A stretch of 64,000 nt of DNA from an uncultured Alphaproteobacteria bacterium (GCA_963728585.1 CAVSLB010000006.1:565304-629303); one strand, 5' to 3'. Positions 8,290-19,553 are shown, counted from the first letter of the stretch. Made by a program: numbers and translations. The notes: generated by a model not told the origin, from the letters alone.

Positions 8290-8660
8290 TGCCGCTCGCG
8301 CTCCTTCGCAAATATCGCTGCGTTTATCTGGCGTCGCCCTACAGCCTTTCTCGCGGCGGGCCGGAGCTGGCCTTGGCGGAAGCCTGCAAGCTCGGCGGCG
8401 AACTGGTGGCGGAAGGCATCAAAATTTTCTCCCCGATCGCGCAGAGCCATGCCTTCTGCGAGCACGCCGACCTCGACCCGCTCGACCACGAGCTCTGGCT
8501 CGAGCAGGACGAGTTCTTCATGGCCGCCTGCGACGCGCTGGTGGTGGCGCAATTTGCCGGATGGGAGGACTCCTACGGCATCGCGCAGGAGGTCAATTAC
8601 TTCCGGAGCAACAACAAGCCGATCCATTACCTCGACCCGATCCGGATGGAACTGCGCTAG
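8286..8660 (+). CDS. DUF1937 (nucleoside 2-deoxyribosyltransferase-like, phage-associated) family protein
   Basis: VYLASPYS...IKIFSPIAQSH...ACDALVVAQFAGWEDSYGIAQEVNYFRSNNKPIHYLDP matches the DUF1937 pattern as I recall it. Confidence 0.7.
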   Translation: MMPLALLRKYRCVYLASPYSLSRGGPELALAEACKLGGELVAEGIKIFSPIAQSHAFCEHADLDPLDHELWLEQDEFFMAACDALVVAQFAGWEDSYGIAQEVNYFRSNNKPIHYLDPIRMELR

Positions 8661-8836
8661 TGGCGATACCGGAAATCCACGTCAATGCCTGGCATATCAA
8701 AAGGCAGGGCGACGCGTTCATCGTCACCATCGGCTCCGCCGATGCCAGGACTCAGCGGCTGATCATCGGCATGAATCACGCGCTGGATTTCTCCTTGAAG
8801 ATCGAGGCGGCGCTGAAGGAAGCGGCAGGTGAGTGA
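8660..8836 (+). CDS. small hypothetical protein (58 aa)
   Basis: GTG overlaps the previous stop (TAGTG). Last member of the coupled chain. Confidence 0.4.
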   Translation: MAIPEIHVNAWHIKRQGDAFIVTIGSADARTQRLIIGMNHALDFSLKIEAALKEAAGE

Positions 8837-8920
8837 AGCGGGATTGCCATGAGGAGAGCCTGCCAAAACGCGCGATGAATGAGGACAATGGCCGCAGCGG
8901 ATGCGGACATGGCCGGCGGG

Positions 8921-9133
8921 CTATTGGCCGCCTGGCGGGCTCCCGACCATGCGCACCGCGTGTCTCACCGCTTCCGCATCCGGCTGCATCTGGGAAACAC
9001 TGGCCGCGTTGGCGAGGTCGCGGAAGGCTTGCGCCAGCTTTTGGTAACCGGCTTGCAAAGCGCAATTCGGCGCCTGTGCCGCGCGAATCTCAAGCTCTGC
9101 GGCCCTTTGCAGATAATCGCCCGGTGTAAACAT
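8921..9133 (-). CDS. small helical protein, member of a 4-copy family in this window
   Basis: DYLQRAAELEIRAAQAPNCALQAGYQKLAQAFRDLANAA aligns with the ORFs at 35163, 36729 and 38579. Confidence 0.5.
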   Translation of the reverse strand: MFTPGDYLQRAAELEIRAAQAPNCALQAGYQKLAQAFRDLANAASVSQMQPDAEAVRHAVRMVGSPPGGQ

Positions 9134-9367
9134 TCCCGCCCCCCGCGGATGAATCCGTCCCGCGGAAATGCAATCTCATTTAAGCAAAATCAAGGCGGAC
9201 AGAATTAAAAACAGACACCGCGGAAACCAAATAGGACCGAAACCGGACACTGCGCATGAAGTGCAACGGTCCGTGAAGTTGTTCACGTCCGCTCCAGGTC
9301 ATGACTGCGTTGTTGCCGAGAGTTGCGTGACACTGCCGCATGCGGCCGCCGACATGCGGATCAAAAA

Positions 9368-9442
9368 TGGTGGGCGCTGTAGGGATTGAACCTACGACCT
9401 CTCCCGTGTGAAGGGAACGCTCTCCCGCTGAGCTAAGCGCCC
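9368..9442 (-). tRNA. tRNA-Val (anticodon CAC), CCA encoded
   Basis: Reverse complement GGGCGCTTAGCTCAGCGGGAGAGCGTTCCCTTCACACGGGAGAGGTCGTAGGTTCAATCCCTACAGCGCCCACCA folds as a cloverleaf. Anticodon loop is TTCACAC. Confidence 0.95.
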
Positions 9443-9582
9443 GCCCAACCTCATCGCGAGACAAGAGCCCGGATTTAGTGGTTCCGGCAGGCCTTAAGTC
9501 AAGCTGCGCGAAAACCTTGAAGAACCGCCCGCGAGAGCCGCTTTGCCTCTCGTCCCGCCCGGCGGCCGTCCCCCCAGAAAAA

Positions 9583-10867
9583 TCAGTTTGGCTTCTGCGG
9601 CGCGATTTGCGTCACGCGGCTTTGCAGGGCGCGGATGCGCTCGGCCAGACTGCCTTTGCTCTCACCCTCGGCGCCGGCCCCGATATTCGGGGCGGTTGGC
9701 TCCCCGCCAATCGACACGCTCGGCGCCTCCCCGGCCAAAATGGTTTCGATCGGCGAGCCCGGGCCTTCCAGCGCCGCGGTCAGCCGGGCGACTTCCGCCG
9801 CGACATCGTTGATGCGCTCGCGCAAGAGCGCGCTCTCCACGCGCTCGGAAGCCCATGACGCCTCGGTATCGCGCTTCATGCTCGCCATTTCGCGGCGCAG
9901 CGCGGCCTGCTCTTCCGCGCGCGGTAGAGCTGCTCGCTCGAGCGCGGCCTTTTCCCCCTTCAGGCTTTCGATTTCGGAGCGCTGGCTGCCGCCGATGCCG
10001 GCGAGCTGGGCGCGCAGATCCGCCTCGGTCGTGCGCATGCCCTCGAGCTGGCTCTTCAGCTCGTTGCATTGATAGTCGCGCTCCGCCAGCAGCCTTGCTT
10101 GATCGGCTGAGCCGCGTCTCCAGTTCCTGCGCGCGGCGGCCGAGGATTTCGGCTTCTTTCGTCTGCGCGATCAGCTGGTGTTCGAGATCGGAGACACGAT
10201 CGGCCAGGTTGCCGACCTTGCTGCGCTCGGCGTTGAGCAGATCGCTCGCTTCCGCGGCATCGAAGCGTTCGCGGTCGAGCCGGTCCTCCGTGGTCTTGAA
10301 CTCGCGTTCGGTGTCGTTGACGTGATCCTTCAGCGCATCGACCTGGGTGCGCAGCGCGACCAGTTCGACGCGCTGGCTGTCATTGACCACCGATTGCTGA
10401 TCGAGCTTGCCGGTGAGCCTGGCGAGATCCTCCTGCTTCTCCGCCAGCGCGCGTTCGGCCTCGCGCATGGCGTTGAGTTTGAACGAGAGCTCTTCTTCGG
10501 TCGCGCGCAGCTGATCCTTCAGCGCCTTGTCGCGCGCTTCCAGCGCGAAGATGGTCGCGGTCTTTTCCCCCAGCTCCATCTTCAGGCGATTGATGGCATC
10601 GGATTTCTTGCCGAGCTCGGCGAGCTGGCTCGTGGTCTTGGCCTTCATCTGCTCGACGCTCATTTCCAGGCGCCGTGTCGACATGGCAAATTCGGCGCGC
10701 AGCTGATCCTTGTCGGCCTGGATTTCCGCCATCGAAAGCGGCGTGGCCGCCTCCAGGCGGCGCATGGTGAGGCGCACCGCGCGGGCTTGCACAAGCGGGA
10801 TGATGATCAGGCCGATGAGTGCCGCGAACAGGAACCCAATCCCGAAGAACATGATGGGTTCGACCAT
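9583..10867 (-). pseudogene. N-terminally membrane-anchored long coiled-coil protein, +1 frameshift near 10100-10125
   Basis: ORF 9662-10867 is coiled-coil up to ...AQELETRLS, then becomes Arg/Gly-rich nonsense. The adjacent frame continues ADQARLLAERDYQCNELKSQLEGMRTTEADL... into ORF 9583-10038. Confidence 0.7.
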
Positions 10868-10961
10868 CGAAGAGCTCTCCTAAGCGTGACGCTATTTCTC
10901 CGCCAGCATGCCACGGCGGAAGCGACGCCACCAGCTTTGGCTGGCGGGCCGATCGTTGTCG

Positions 10962-11606
10962 TCAGAACGGATTCCAGGTCGCCTGCGGCGTGAACTTCAG
11001 ATAGCCGATATTCGCGCCGAGCCGCATGCCGACCCCCGAGCGGATCGGAACCACCACCATGCCGCTGGCCGTCAACGCCGTCATGCCGAATCCCCCGATA
11101 AAATACGCAGAACCGTCGATGCCGGCGAAGCGCTGGTAGACCGCGTCGGTGGCGGGAAGATTGTAGACCAGCATCATGGTGCGTGCGCCTTCGCCGCCCC
11201 AGTCGAAGCCGACCGTCGGCCCCTGCCAGTAAACGCGCAGATCGCCGGCATTCTTGGTGTAGAGCGTGCCTTCGCCGTAGCGCAGCCCGCCGACAAAGGC
11301 GCCGGAGGCTTCCTCGCCGAGGATATAGCCGTTGGGCTGACCCCATTGGGCGGTGGCCTTTTCCACAATCGACGCGAGCCCGCGCGATACCGTGCCAAAG
11401 AAGGTGTGGCCGGCATCGACGATTTCCTGCGGCGAAAACTGTTTGTCCCCGGAGCGCGCCGCGGGCGGGGGAGCGGCGGGCGGCGGAGCGGTGATCACCG
11501 CCGGAGGAGGCTGCGCCGGGGCGGGCGCCATTTGCGCGGCGGCCGGGCCGATGCCGAGGCAGGTCGCGAGCAAAGGGAGAGCGAGAAACGGCAGAGCGGC
11601 GCGCAT
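10962..11606 (-). CDS. DUF1134 (EipA-like) periplasmic protein
   Basis: Signal MRAALPFLALPLLATCLG, Pro/Ala linker, then ...GYILGEEASGAFVGGLRYGEGTLY...GPTVGFDWGGEGARTMMLVYNL...GMRLGANIGYLKFT. Confidence 0.75.
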   Translation of the reverse strand: MRAALPFLALPLLATCLGIGPAAAQMAPAPAQPPPAVITAPPPAAPPPAARSGDKQFSPQEIVDAGHTFFGTVSRGLASIVEKATAQWGQPNGYILGEEASGAFVGGLRYGEGTLYTKNAGDLRVYWQGPTVGFDWGGEGARTMMLVYNLPATDAVYQRFAGIDGSAYFIGGFGMTALTASGMVVVPIRSGVGMRLGANIGYLKFTPQATWNPF

Positions 11607-11950
11607 CGAATGCTCCTTCGAAAGAAGTGCCGGTATAATGTGTTGCTGACGCAGACTGCTTGGGTGGACCCCGACGGTCCGAATCGCCCCATATTTAAGG
11701 TAAAGTATGTCGGCACAGCGGCAAAAACGGAAGCTTCCGAGCGCCGCCTTTTTCGCCAAACTACATCCGGGATTGCTGCCTGCCACCGCGCCGGCCTTGC
11801 CTCCACCAATTCGTCCCGCGGATTTTAGCTGGGGGTTTGGCCTTGGGCGGCTTCGACCTTTGGTGGCATGCCGCACGCGAGCGGTGTATGTAGCAAACAT
11901 ACGAATCGCCGCGTGTCACCCGCATCGCTGCCCAAAACCGGAGAGTCCCG

Positions 11951-12586
11951 ATGTCCAGCCCGATCGTCCTGGAATCTCTCGATCTTGCGGCATTGCTCTG
12001 CTCGCGGGTCTGTCACGACCTGATCAGCCCGGTCGGCGCCATCGTCAACGGCCTGGAAGTGCTGGAGGAAGAAAACGACGAGGAGACCAAGACCTTCGCG
12101 CTCGACCTGATCAAGCGGAGCGCGCGCACGGCCTCGGCCAAGCTGCAATTCTGCCGGCTGGCCTTCGGCGCGGCAGGGTCGGCGGGGGTGCAGATCGATG
12201 TGGGCGATGCAGAGAAAATGGCGCGCGGGTTCATTGAGGATGAGAAAACCAAGCTTGTCTGGAATCTGCCCCGCGTGCTGCTGGCGAAGAACCGGGTCAA
12301 GCTCCTGCTGAATATGCTGATTATCGCGGGCCAGGCGATCCCGCGCGGCGGGGTGCTGACGGTCGACCCGGTGGGTGAGGGCGATTCCATGAGCTTTCGC
12401 ATCACCGCGGCCGGGACGAACGGCCGGGTGCCGCCGCATGCGACGGACTTACTGGCCGGCACGGCGCCCGAGGGGGTCGATGCCCATGCCATCCAGCCCT
12501 TTTATACCGGCATGCTGGCCCGCAGCGTCGGTTTGGGGGTCTCGGTGGCGGCCGAAAACGACGCCATCGTGGTCGCCGCGCGCTAA
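11951..12586 (+). CDS. chpT: histidine phosphotransferase ChpT
   Basis: LDLAALLCSRVCHDLISPVGAIVNGLEVLEEE is the ChpT-type His motif. About 210 aa, in the ctrA neighbourhood. Confidence 0.85.
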   Translation: MSSPIVLESLDLAALLCSRVCHDLISPVGAIVNGLEVLEEENDEETKTFALDLIKRSARTASAKLQFCRLAFGAAGSAGVQIDVGDAEKMARGFIEDEKTKLVWNLPRVLLAKNRVKLLLNMLIIAGQAIPRGGVLTVDPVGEGDSMSFRITAAGTNGRVPPHATDLLAGTAPEGVDAHAIQPFYTGMLARSVGLGVSVAAENDAIVVAAR

Positions 12587-12600
12587 CCGGAAAATTTTGG

Positions 12601-12615
12601 TTAACAAATACTAAC
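12601..12615 (+). promoter_or_regulatory. weak CtrA-box-like sequence upstream of cheA
   Basis: TTAACAAATACTAAC. The half-sites TTAA and CTAA are spaced N6, not the canonical N7. Confidence 0.2.
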
Positions 12616-12740
12616 AATTTGTTTCTACAGCCGGTTTTCGTTTCCTCCGATACGAAAATTAAACGCTTTACCAACACACTGGCGAACTCGCGAGAGGTGG
12701 CGGCCAGCGGGGGCCGTGCCTGCGATCAAGGCCAGTTTCA

Positions 12741-15369
12741 ATGGACGATTTGTTGCGCGAATTTCTGACGGAAACCAACGAGAGTCTTGGCGTTGTCGAC
12801 GTCGAGCTTGTGCGTTTCGAGCAGGAACCAAACAACGCCAGCATCCTGGCCAACATTTTCCGCCTCGTTCACACCATCAAGGGCACTTGCGGCTTTCTCG
12901 GCCTGCCGCGCCTGGAAGCGCTGACGCACGCCGCCGAAGCCCTGATGGGTAAATTCCGCGAGGGCATGCCGGTCACCGGCGAGGCGGTGACGCTCGTTCT
13001 CTTCACCATCGACCGCATCAAGGAAATCCTCGACGAGCTGGAGAAGCACCATAAGGAGCCGGCAGGCAGCGACGAGGATCTGATCGACAAGCTCCAGGCG
13101 GTGCTGATGCAGACGCAGCCCACGGCTCCCCCGCCGCCGGGAACGGTTGGCTCGCTGGTTGAGCAAAGGCTGGAGCGCCGGTTGCGTCCCGGCGAAGTTT
13201 CGCTCGACGAATTGGAACGCGCCTTTCGCGAGACTCCCGGCCCGGAGCCGTTAAAGGCAAGCGCCGCTCCCGCCAGGGCCGCATCGGGGCAGAAGCCGAG
13301 GGACGACGAGAACGCCTCGGATTCCAAGATCTCCCATCAGTCGATCCGCGTGAATGTCGACACGCTCGAACAGCTGATGACCATGGTCTCCGAGTTGGTG
13401 CTGACGCGCAATCAACTCCTGGAGATGGTGCGCCGGCACGAGGACTTCGGAATTTAAGGTGCCGCTGCAGCGGCTCTCCAGCGTCACCGCCGAGTTGCAG
13501 GAAGGCGTCATGAAGACGCGCATGCAGCCGGTCGGCAATGCCTGGCAGAAGCTGCCGCGGATCGTGCGCGATTTGTCTGCCGAGCTCGGCAAGCAGATCG
13601 AGCTGGAGCTGAACGGCGCGGACACCGAGCTCGACCGCCAGGTGCTTGACCTGATCAAGGACCCGCTCACCCACATGGTCCGTAATTCGGCGGATCACGG
13701 CCTGGAGACTGCCGAGCAGCGACGCGCGGCCGGCAAGCCGGAGAAAGGCACGATACGGCTCTCGGCTTATCACGAGGGCGGTTACATCATTATCGAGATC
13801 GCCGACGACGGCCGCGGCCTCGATACCGAGAAGATCAAGGCGAAGGCGATCGCCAACGGGCTGGTCTCCGAGGCCGATGCGGACAAGATGTCGGAAGCGC
13901 AAATCCAGCGCTTCATCTTCACGCCGGGTTTCTCAACCGTGAGCGCGATCACCAGCGTATCCGGCCGCGGCGTCGGAATGGACGTGGTGCGCGCCAATAT
14001 CGATCAGATCGGCGGGACGATCGATGTCAGGTCCATGCAGGGCCGCGGCATGAGCGTGACCATCAAGATTCCGCTGACGCTCGCGATTATCGCGGCGCTT
14101 ATCGTGGAGGCCGGCGGGCACCGCTTCGCCATCCCGCAGCTTTCGGTGGTGGAATTGGTGCGCGCCCGCGGCAATTCCGAACATCGCATCGAGCGCATCA
14201 AGGACGCGGCGATGCTGCGGCTGCGCCACAAGCTGCTGCCGCTGTCCAAGCTCAGTCATTTGCTTGGTCTGGATCGGAACAAGCCGCAGGAAACCGACAC
14301 CGGCTTCATCGTCGTGACGCAAGTCGGCAACGAAACCTTCGGTGTCGTCGTGGACAGCGTGTTCCATACCGAAGAAATCGTGGTCAAGCCGATGTCCACC
14401 ATGCTGCGTCACATCGGCCTGTTCTCCGGCAACACCATTCTCGGCGACGGTTCGGTGATTCTGATTGTCGATCCCAACGGGCTTGCCCAGGCGCTCGGCA
14501 CCTCCGCGCGCGCCAGTAGCCAGATCGGCGAGGAAGCGGAAGCCGAAGCCGCGGAAACCAAGCAGTCGACCTCCATGCTGGTGTTCCGGGCCGGTTCTCC
14601 GCATCCGCGGGCAGTACCGCTTTCACTGATCACCCGGCTGGAAGAGATCGACGTCAACCGCATGGAGTTCTCCAACGGCCGCTATGTGGTGCAATACCGC
14701 GGCCAGCTGATGCCGCTTATTCCCATCAACGATGCGGTGCAGGTGAAGACCCACGGCCAGCAGTCGCTGCTGGTGTTCTCCGACGAAGGCCGCTCGATGG
14801 GCCTGATGGTCGACGAGATCGTCGATATCGTCGACGACACTCTCAATATCGAGGTCCGCGGCAATCGGCCGGGCGTGCTCGGTTCCGCCGTCATCAAGGG
14901 TCAGGCCACCGAGATCATCGATATCGAGCATTATCTGCCGCTGGCTTTCGAGGACTGGTTCCGCTCCAAGGACTTCTACGAGAGGCGGATCTCGCGCAGC
15001 GTCCTGCTGGTCGACGACTCGGCATTTTTCCGCAACATGCTGGCGCCCGTGCTGAAGGCCGCCGGTTACGACGTCACCACCGCCGCCGGCGGTGAGGAAG
15101 CGATGGCCCTGTTCCAGAAGGGCCGGCGCTTCGACGTCATTCTCACCGATATCGACATGCCGGGCATGGACGGTTTTGTTTTTGCCGAGAAGTTGCGCGA
15201 CGATCCGCGCACAGCCGGCATTCCGATCATCGGAATTTCTTCAATGGTTTCGCAGGATTTCGTCCAGCGCGGGCGCGAAGTGGGCTTCCACGACTATGTG
15301 GCGAAGTTCGACCGTCAGGGTCTGATTGCCGCCCTGAAGGAGCAGACCGCCGAGGCGCAGGCGGCATAG
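12741..15369 (+). pseudogene. cheA: chemotaxis histidine kinase CheA with C-terminal receiver domain, +1 frameshift at 13446
   Basis: ORF 12741-13457 carries Hpt (FRLVHTIKGTCGFLG). ORF 13459-15369 carries the kinase, a CheW-like domain and REC. Deleting one T at 13446-13447 gives continuous ...LEMVRRHED-SEFKVPLQRLSSVTAELQEGVMKTRMQP... Confidence 0.9.
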
Positions 15370-15378
15370 GACACAGAG

Positions 15379-15846
15379 ATGCCAACGGAAAGCAGCAGCA
15401 CCGGGCCTTCGACCGAATACGTGACCGCCATGATCGGCGGGCAGCTATTCGGGCTGCCGATCGCGCGCGTACAGGACGTGTTCATGCCGGACCGCATGAC
15501 GCAGGTTCCGCTGTCGTCGCCCGACATCGCCGGCATCCTCAATCTGCGGGGCCGCATCGTCACCGTCATCGACATGCGCTGCCGGTTGGGCGTGCCGCAG
15601 CAAAAGAGCGAGCAGCCGCCGATGGCGATCGGAATCGAATGTCGCGGCGAATCCTATGGGCTGCTGATCGACGATATTCGTGAGGTCATGAAGCTTCCCG
15701 ACAGCATGCGAGAGGATAATCCGATTAATCTTGACGCGCGGCTGGCGCAGCTTTCGAACGGCATTATCCGCCTGGACTCGCAGCTGCTGGTCGTCCTCGA
15801 CATCGATCGCGTGCTGCATGTCGGCGCGCAGATACAGGCGGCGTAA
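15379..15846 (+). CDS. cheW: chemotaxis coupling protein CheW
   Basis: 155 aa CheW-like domain (MIGGQLFGLPIARVQDVF...ILNLRGRIVTVIDM). Confidence 0.9.
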   Translation: MPTESSSTGPSTEYVTAMIGGQLFGLPIARVQDVFMPDRMTQVPLSSPDIAGILNLRGRIVTVIDMRCRLGVPQQKSEQPPMAIGIECRGESYGLLIDDIREVMKLPDSMREDNPINLDARLAQLSNGIIRLDSQLLVVLDIDRVLHVGAQIQAA

Positions 15847-15915
15847 GCCCGGGTTGCGGGCGGAACGAGTTTTGGAATGCGCGGGGGTTCCCGCGGAAAG
15901 GAAAGTGAGGGCGTG

Positions 15916-16281
15916 ATGAAGACTTGCTTGGTGGTTGATGATTCGAGCGTCATCCGAAAGGTAGCTCGGCGCATCCTCGAGGGTCTGCAGTTTCAGATCA
16001 TCGAGGCTGAAGACGGCGAGCAGGCGCTGCAGTCGTGCCAGAATCAGTTGCCGGATGCGGTGCTGCTCGATTGGAACATGCCGAAGATGGACGGCTACGA
16101 ATTTCTGCGGCAGCTGCGCCGCATGCCTGGCGGCGATGTCCCGCGCGTGGTGTTCTGCACCACGGAGAACGACGTGGCCCATATCGCGCGCGCCCTGCAC
16201 GCGGGTGCGAACGAGTACATCATGAAGCCCTTCGACAAGGAAATCGTCGAAGCCAAGCTTCAGGAAGTAGGCCTGCTCTGA
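15916..16281 (+). CDS. cheY: chemotaxis response regulator CheY (single receiver domain)
   Basis: MKTCLVVDDSSVIRK...VLLDWNMPKMDG...ANEYIMKPF. Confidence 0.9.
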   Translation: MKTCLVVDDSSVIRKVARRILEGLQFQIIEAEDGEQALQSCQNQLPDAVLLDWNMPKMDGYEFLRQLRRMPGGDVPRVVFCTTENDVAHIARALHAGANEYIMKPFDKEIVEAKLQEVGLL

Positions 16282-16348
16282 TCAGCAGTTCGCTGCTCCT
16301 GCCCTGATGGGCAGTTCGCTGCTCTTCGCTCGTTTTTTTGTAATTTGA

Positions 16349-17556
16349 GTGCCGCCGATGAGCGTTGCCGCCGCCGTCACGTCGCCTATCTCAGCAGTGA
16401 CGCAGCAGCCCATCCGCGTAATGGTCGTGGATGACGCCGTCGTGGTGCGCGGGCTGGTCTCGCGCTGGGTCAACGCCGAACCGGATTTGAAGATCGTCGC
16501 CTCGCTGCGCACCGGGCAGGATGCGCTCGACGAGTTGGATCATGCCGATCCGGAAGTCGTCCTGCTCGACGTCGAAATGCCGGTGCTCGACGGCATCACG
16601 GCGTTGCCGCTGCTGCTGCAAAGGCGCTCCAATCTCGCTGTGATCATGGTTTCCACCGTGACCCGGCGCAACGCCGAGGTGACGCTGAAGGCGCTGAGCC
16701 TGGGCGCCGCGGATTATGTTTCCGAAACCGGAAACCAACCACGAAATCACCACGTCCGAAACCTTCCGCCACGAACTGATCGAGAAGATCCGCCACATCG
16801 GATGGCGCCGCCGCGGGCGGAGATTCCCGCCCTCAAGCCCTGGCCCGGGGCCGGCGGAACGGCCGCGCAAGCCCTTGCCGGTGGAAGGCACTGCGGCGGA
16901 GAGCAATGTCCATGCGCTGCAGCCGCTGCAGGCGCCGCCTGGAGATCAAATTGCGGCCGCTGGCTGCGAGCATCCCGCGGATCTTGCTGATCGGTGCATC
17001 GACCGGCGGGCCGCAGGCGCTCGACACCGTGTTGTCTTCGCTCGGCAGCGTGATCGACCGTGCGCCGGTGCTGATCACCCAGCACATGCCGCCGACCTTC
17101 ACCACCATCCTCGCCGAACACCTGACGCGGGTAAGTGGAAGGCCGGCGCGCGAGGCAAGCGATGGTGAGCCGATCTTGGCCGGCAACGTCTATGTCGCGC
17201 CCGGCGGCCGGCATCTGCAGGTGGCACGCGTTGCCGGGACCGCGGTGGCGAAGATCAACAACGGGCCGCCGGTGAATTTCTGCAAACCTGCGATCGACCC
17301 TCTCTTCGGGTCGGCGGCCAAAGTCTGGGGCACCTGGAATCTCGCCGTCGTTCTCACCGGCATGGGCTCCGACGGTACGGAAGGGGCCGGCGAAATCGTT
17401 GCGGCCGGCGGCAACGTCTTGGCCCAGGACGAAGCCACCAGCGTGGTCTGGGGAATGCCGGGCTCGGCAGCGCATGCCGGCCATTGTGCGGCCGTGCTGC
17501 CGCTCGATCGGATCGCCGGGAAAATCACCCGCCTGTTCAGTGGAGACCGGCAGTGA
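16349..17556 (+). pseudogene. cheB: protein-glutamate methylesterase CheB, at least two +1 frameshifts (~16720, ~16935-16950)
   Basis: The REC domain ends ...GAADYV, then TTT at 16719-16721 shifts into ...[25 protein letters not shown] (ORF 16716). The catalytic domain [13 protein letters not shown]...GMGSDG... lies in a third frame (ORF 16906-17556). Frames run 2 -> 0 -> 1. Confidence 0.9.
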
Positions 17557-18424
17557 ACCCGGCCGACTACGATCTCCTCCGCAGGCTGCTGAAGGCAGCG
17601 CTCCGGCCTCGCCCTCGGCCCGGACAAGCAGTATCTGGTGGAAAGCCGGCTATTGCCGGTATCGCGCCGGATTGGCGTCGCGGGCCTCAACGGGCTGATG
17701 GAAAAGATCCGCCAGCCCGAAAACGAAGACCTGATCGTCCAGGTGGTCGAGGCCATGGCCACCAATGAATCGCTATTCTTTCGAGACAAAATACCCTTCG
17801 ACCATTTCCGCGACACCATCATTCCGGCGTTGCTGACCTCGCGCGCCAATCAGCGGCGCATCCGCATCTGGTGCGCGGCCGCCTCCACCGGGCAGGAGCC
17901 TTATTCACTGGCTATGGCATTGAAGGAGATGGGGCCGCAAGCTTTCCGGCTGGCAGACCGAGATTTTGGCAACCGACTTCTCGCTCGAGGTTTTGGAAAA
18001 GGCCAAGGCCGGAATTTACAGCCAGTTCGAGGTGCAGCGCGGGCTGCCGATTCAGATGCTGGTGAAATACTTCACCCAGGTCGGCGAGATGTGGCAGATC
18101 GCGCCGGAGATCCGCGCCATGGTGCGGTTCCGCCAGTTCAACCTGCTGCATGATTGCTCGCATCTCGGCATCTTCGACGTGGTGTTCTGCCGCAACGTGC
18201 TGATCTATTTCGACCGGCAGACCAAGATCGAGGTGCTGGACCGCATCGCGCGAGTCATCGAGAGCGATGGCTTTCTGGTGCTCGGCGCGGCGGAGACGGT
18301 GGTCGGCCTTACCAGCAGCTTCCGGCCGATCCCGGACAAGCGGGCGCTTTACGGGCCCAACCCCGTGCATCTGCGCGCGGGAGCGGCGGGCCTTCGGCGC
18401 TTTGTCGCGGCCAGCTCGCGGTAA
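17553..18424 (+). pseudogene. cheR: chemotaxis methyltransferase CheR, two +1 frameshifts (~17597, ~17940)
   Basis: GTG overlaps the cheB stop (GTGA). Frames run 0 -> 1 -> 2: MNPADYDLLRRLLK / ...GLALGPDKQYLVESRL...FFRD...IWCAAASTGQEPYSLAMALKEMGPQ / ...LSGWQTEILATDFS...VFCRNVLIYFD... Confidence 0.9.
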
Positions 18425-18763
18425 AACTAAAGCCGCTTGAACGAACCATAGACGTTGCGGGTGTGGCGGCGGCGCGGGGCCGCTGCCGCCAAGGCGGCCA
18501 TCACTGTCCGGATCATGTCTTTCTCGCTCGGCTGGCGCCTCAAGCGCCCGCTTCGCGGACACTAACCCCGCGGGCCGGGCGTTTATCCCGCGCGGTTGCC
18601 GGAGTTGAAAACCCCGCTTTTCGGCAGGATTTTCTTGGAAAAATCCGCTGGCTGTAACAAGGTAATCGACGAAGGGGGCCGCGTTCCTACCCGGCAGCGC
18701 ACGCGGCGGGGTGTAAGCTGCAAAGTCGGGTGATCGAGACCGACCTAACCGCAGGAGAGTCCC

Positions 18764-19363
18764 ATGACAAGCGCATATCCGCAGTCCCCAGCCCTTTCAG
18801 GCGGCTTGATGCTGCACGCCCTGGCCCGCAATTGGTGGCTCATCCTGTTGCGCGGTATCTGCGCCATCCTGTTCGGCCTGCTGGCCTTTATCTGGCCCGG
18901 GATTACCTTGCTCACGCTCGCGCTGCTCTACGGCATCTTTGCCTTGATCGAAGGCGCGCTGGCGCTGGCGGCGGCGATCATGGGCGGGTCGCCCGCGCCG
19001 CGTTGGTGGCTGGCGGTCGTGGGCCTGCTCGGCATTGCCGTCGGCATTCTCACCATCATGATGCCGGGCATCACCGCGTTCCTCCTGGTGCTGTTCATCG
19101 CGGCCTGGGCCATCGTCAGCGGCATTATGCAGATCGTCGGCGCGATCCGGTTGCGCAAGGAGATCGACAACGAATGGATGCTGGTGGCGGTCGGCGTCAT
19201 CTCGGTCGCCTTCGGCGTGCTGGTCGCGCTGCAGCCGATGCTGGGCGCGCTCAGCCTGGTCTTTGTGATCGGCGCCTATGCCATCATCTATGGCATCGCT
19301 CTGGTCGCCCTTGCTTTCCGGCTGCGCGGCCATAGCCACCCGGCGCCTGCGTCAGCGACCTGA
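18764..19363 (+). CDS. HdeD/DUF308 family membrane protein
   Basis: WWLILLRGICAILFGLLAFIWPGITLLTLALLYGIFALIEG, repeated-TM pattern typical of DUF308. Confidence 0.75.
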   Translation: MTSAYPQSPALSGGLMLHALARNWWLILLRGICAILFGLLAFIWPGITLLTLALLYGIFALIEGALALAAAIMGGSPAPRWWLAVVGLLGIAVGILTIMMPGITAFLLVLFIAAWAIVSGIMQIVGAIRLRKEIDNEWMLVAVGVISVAFGVLVALQPMLGALSLVFVIGAYAIIYGIALVALAFRLRGHSHPAPASAT

Positions 19364-19371
19364 CGGCGGGG

Positions 19372-19553
19372 CCGCCCAAACAAAAGCCCCGCCGTGAGGC
19401 GGGGCTGAAGTCAGGAGGAGAGAGCCCTTCGGCTCCGGAACAACCGTCGTCAGGCAGCCGAAATCTTGGCTTCGTCGTCGCTCGGCTCGCGCAGCACATA
19501 GCCGCGGCCCCAGACCGTCTCGATGTAGTTTTTGCCGCTGGCAGGCATTCGCC
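19372..19553 (-). pseudogene. duplicated 3' end of ctrA (last ~34 codons plus 3' UTR and terminator)
   Basis: About 181 nt nearly identical to 22203-22385, including the terminator hairpin AGCCCCGCC-N4-GGCGGGGCT. One extra C relative to the intact copy near 19539. Homology stops abruptly at 19553. Confidence 0.85.

Noticed and set aside
9180-9464. 94-aa minus-strand ORF overlapping tRNA-Val
   Set aside because: It is read through the tRNA gene. No SD is present and it has no coding character.
12601-12615. A confident CtrA box upstream of cheA
   Set aside because: The half-site spacing is N6 rather than N7, and the second half-site is CTAA. It is kept only as a low-confidence candidate.
12741-15369. 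Reading cheA as two genuine genes (a stand-alone Hpt protein plus a kinase core)
   Set aside because: The two ORFs are separated by a single base and rejoin into continuous conserved sequence (RRHED-SEFKVPLQRL). The second ORF would lack any SD or spacing, and the same +1 pattern recurs in many unrelated genes.
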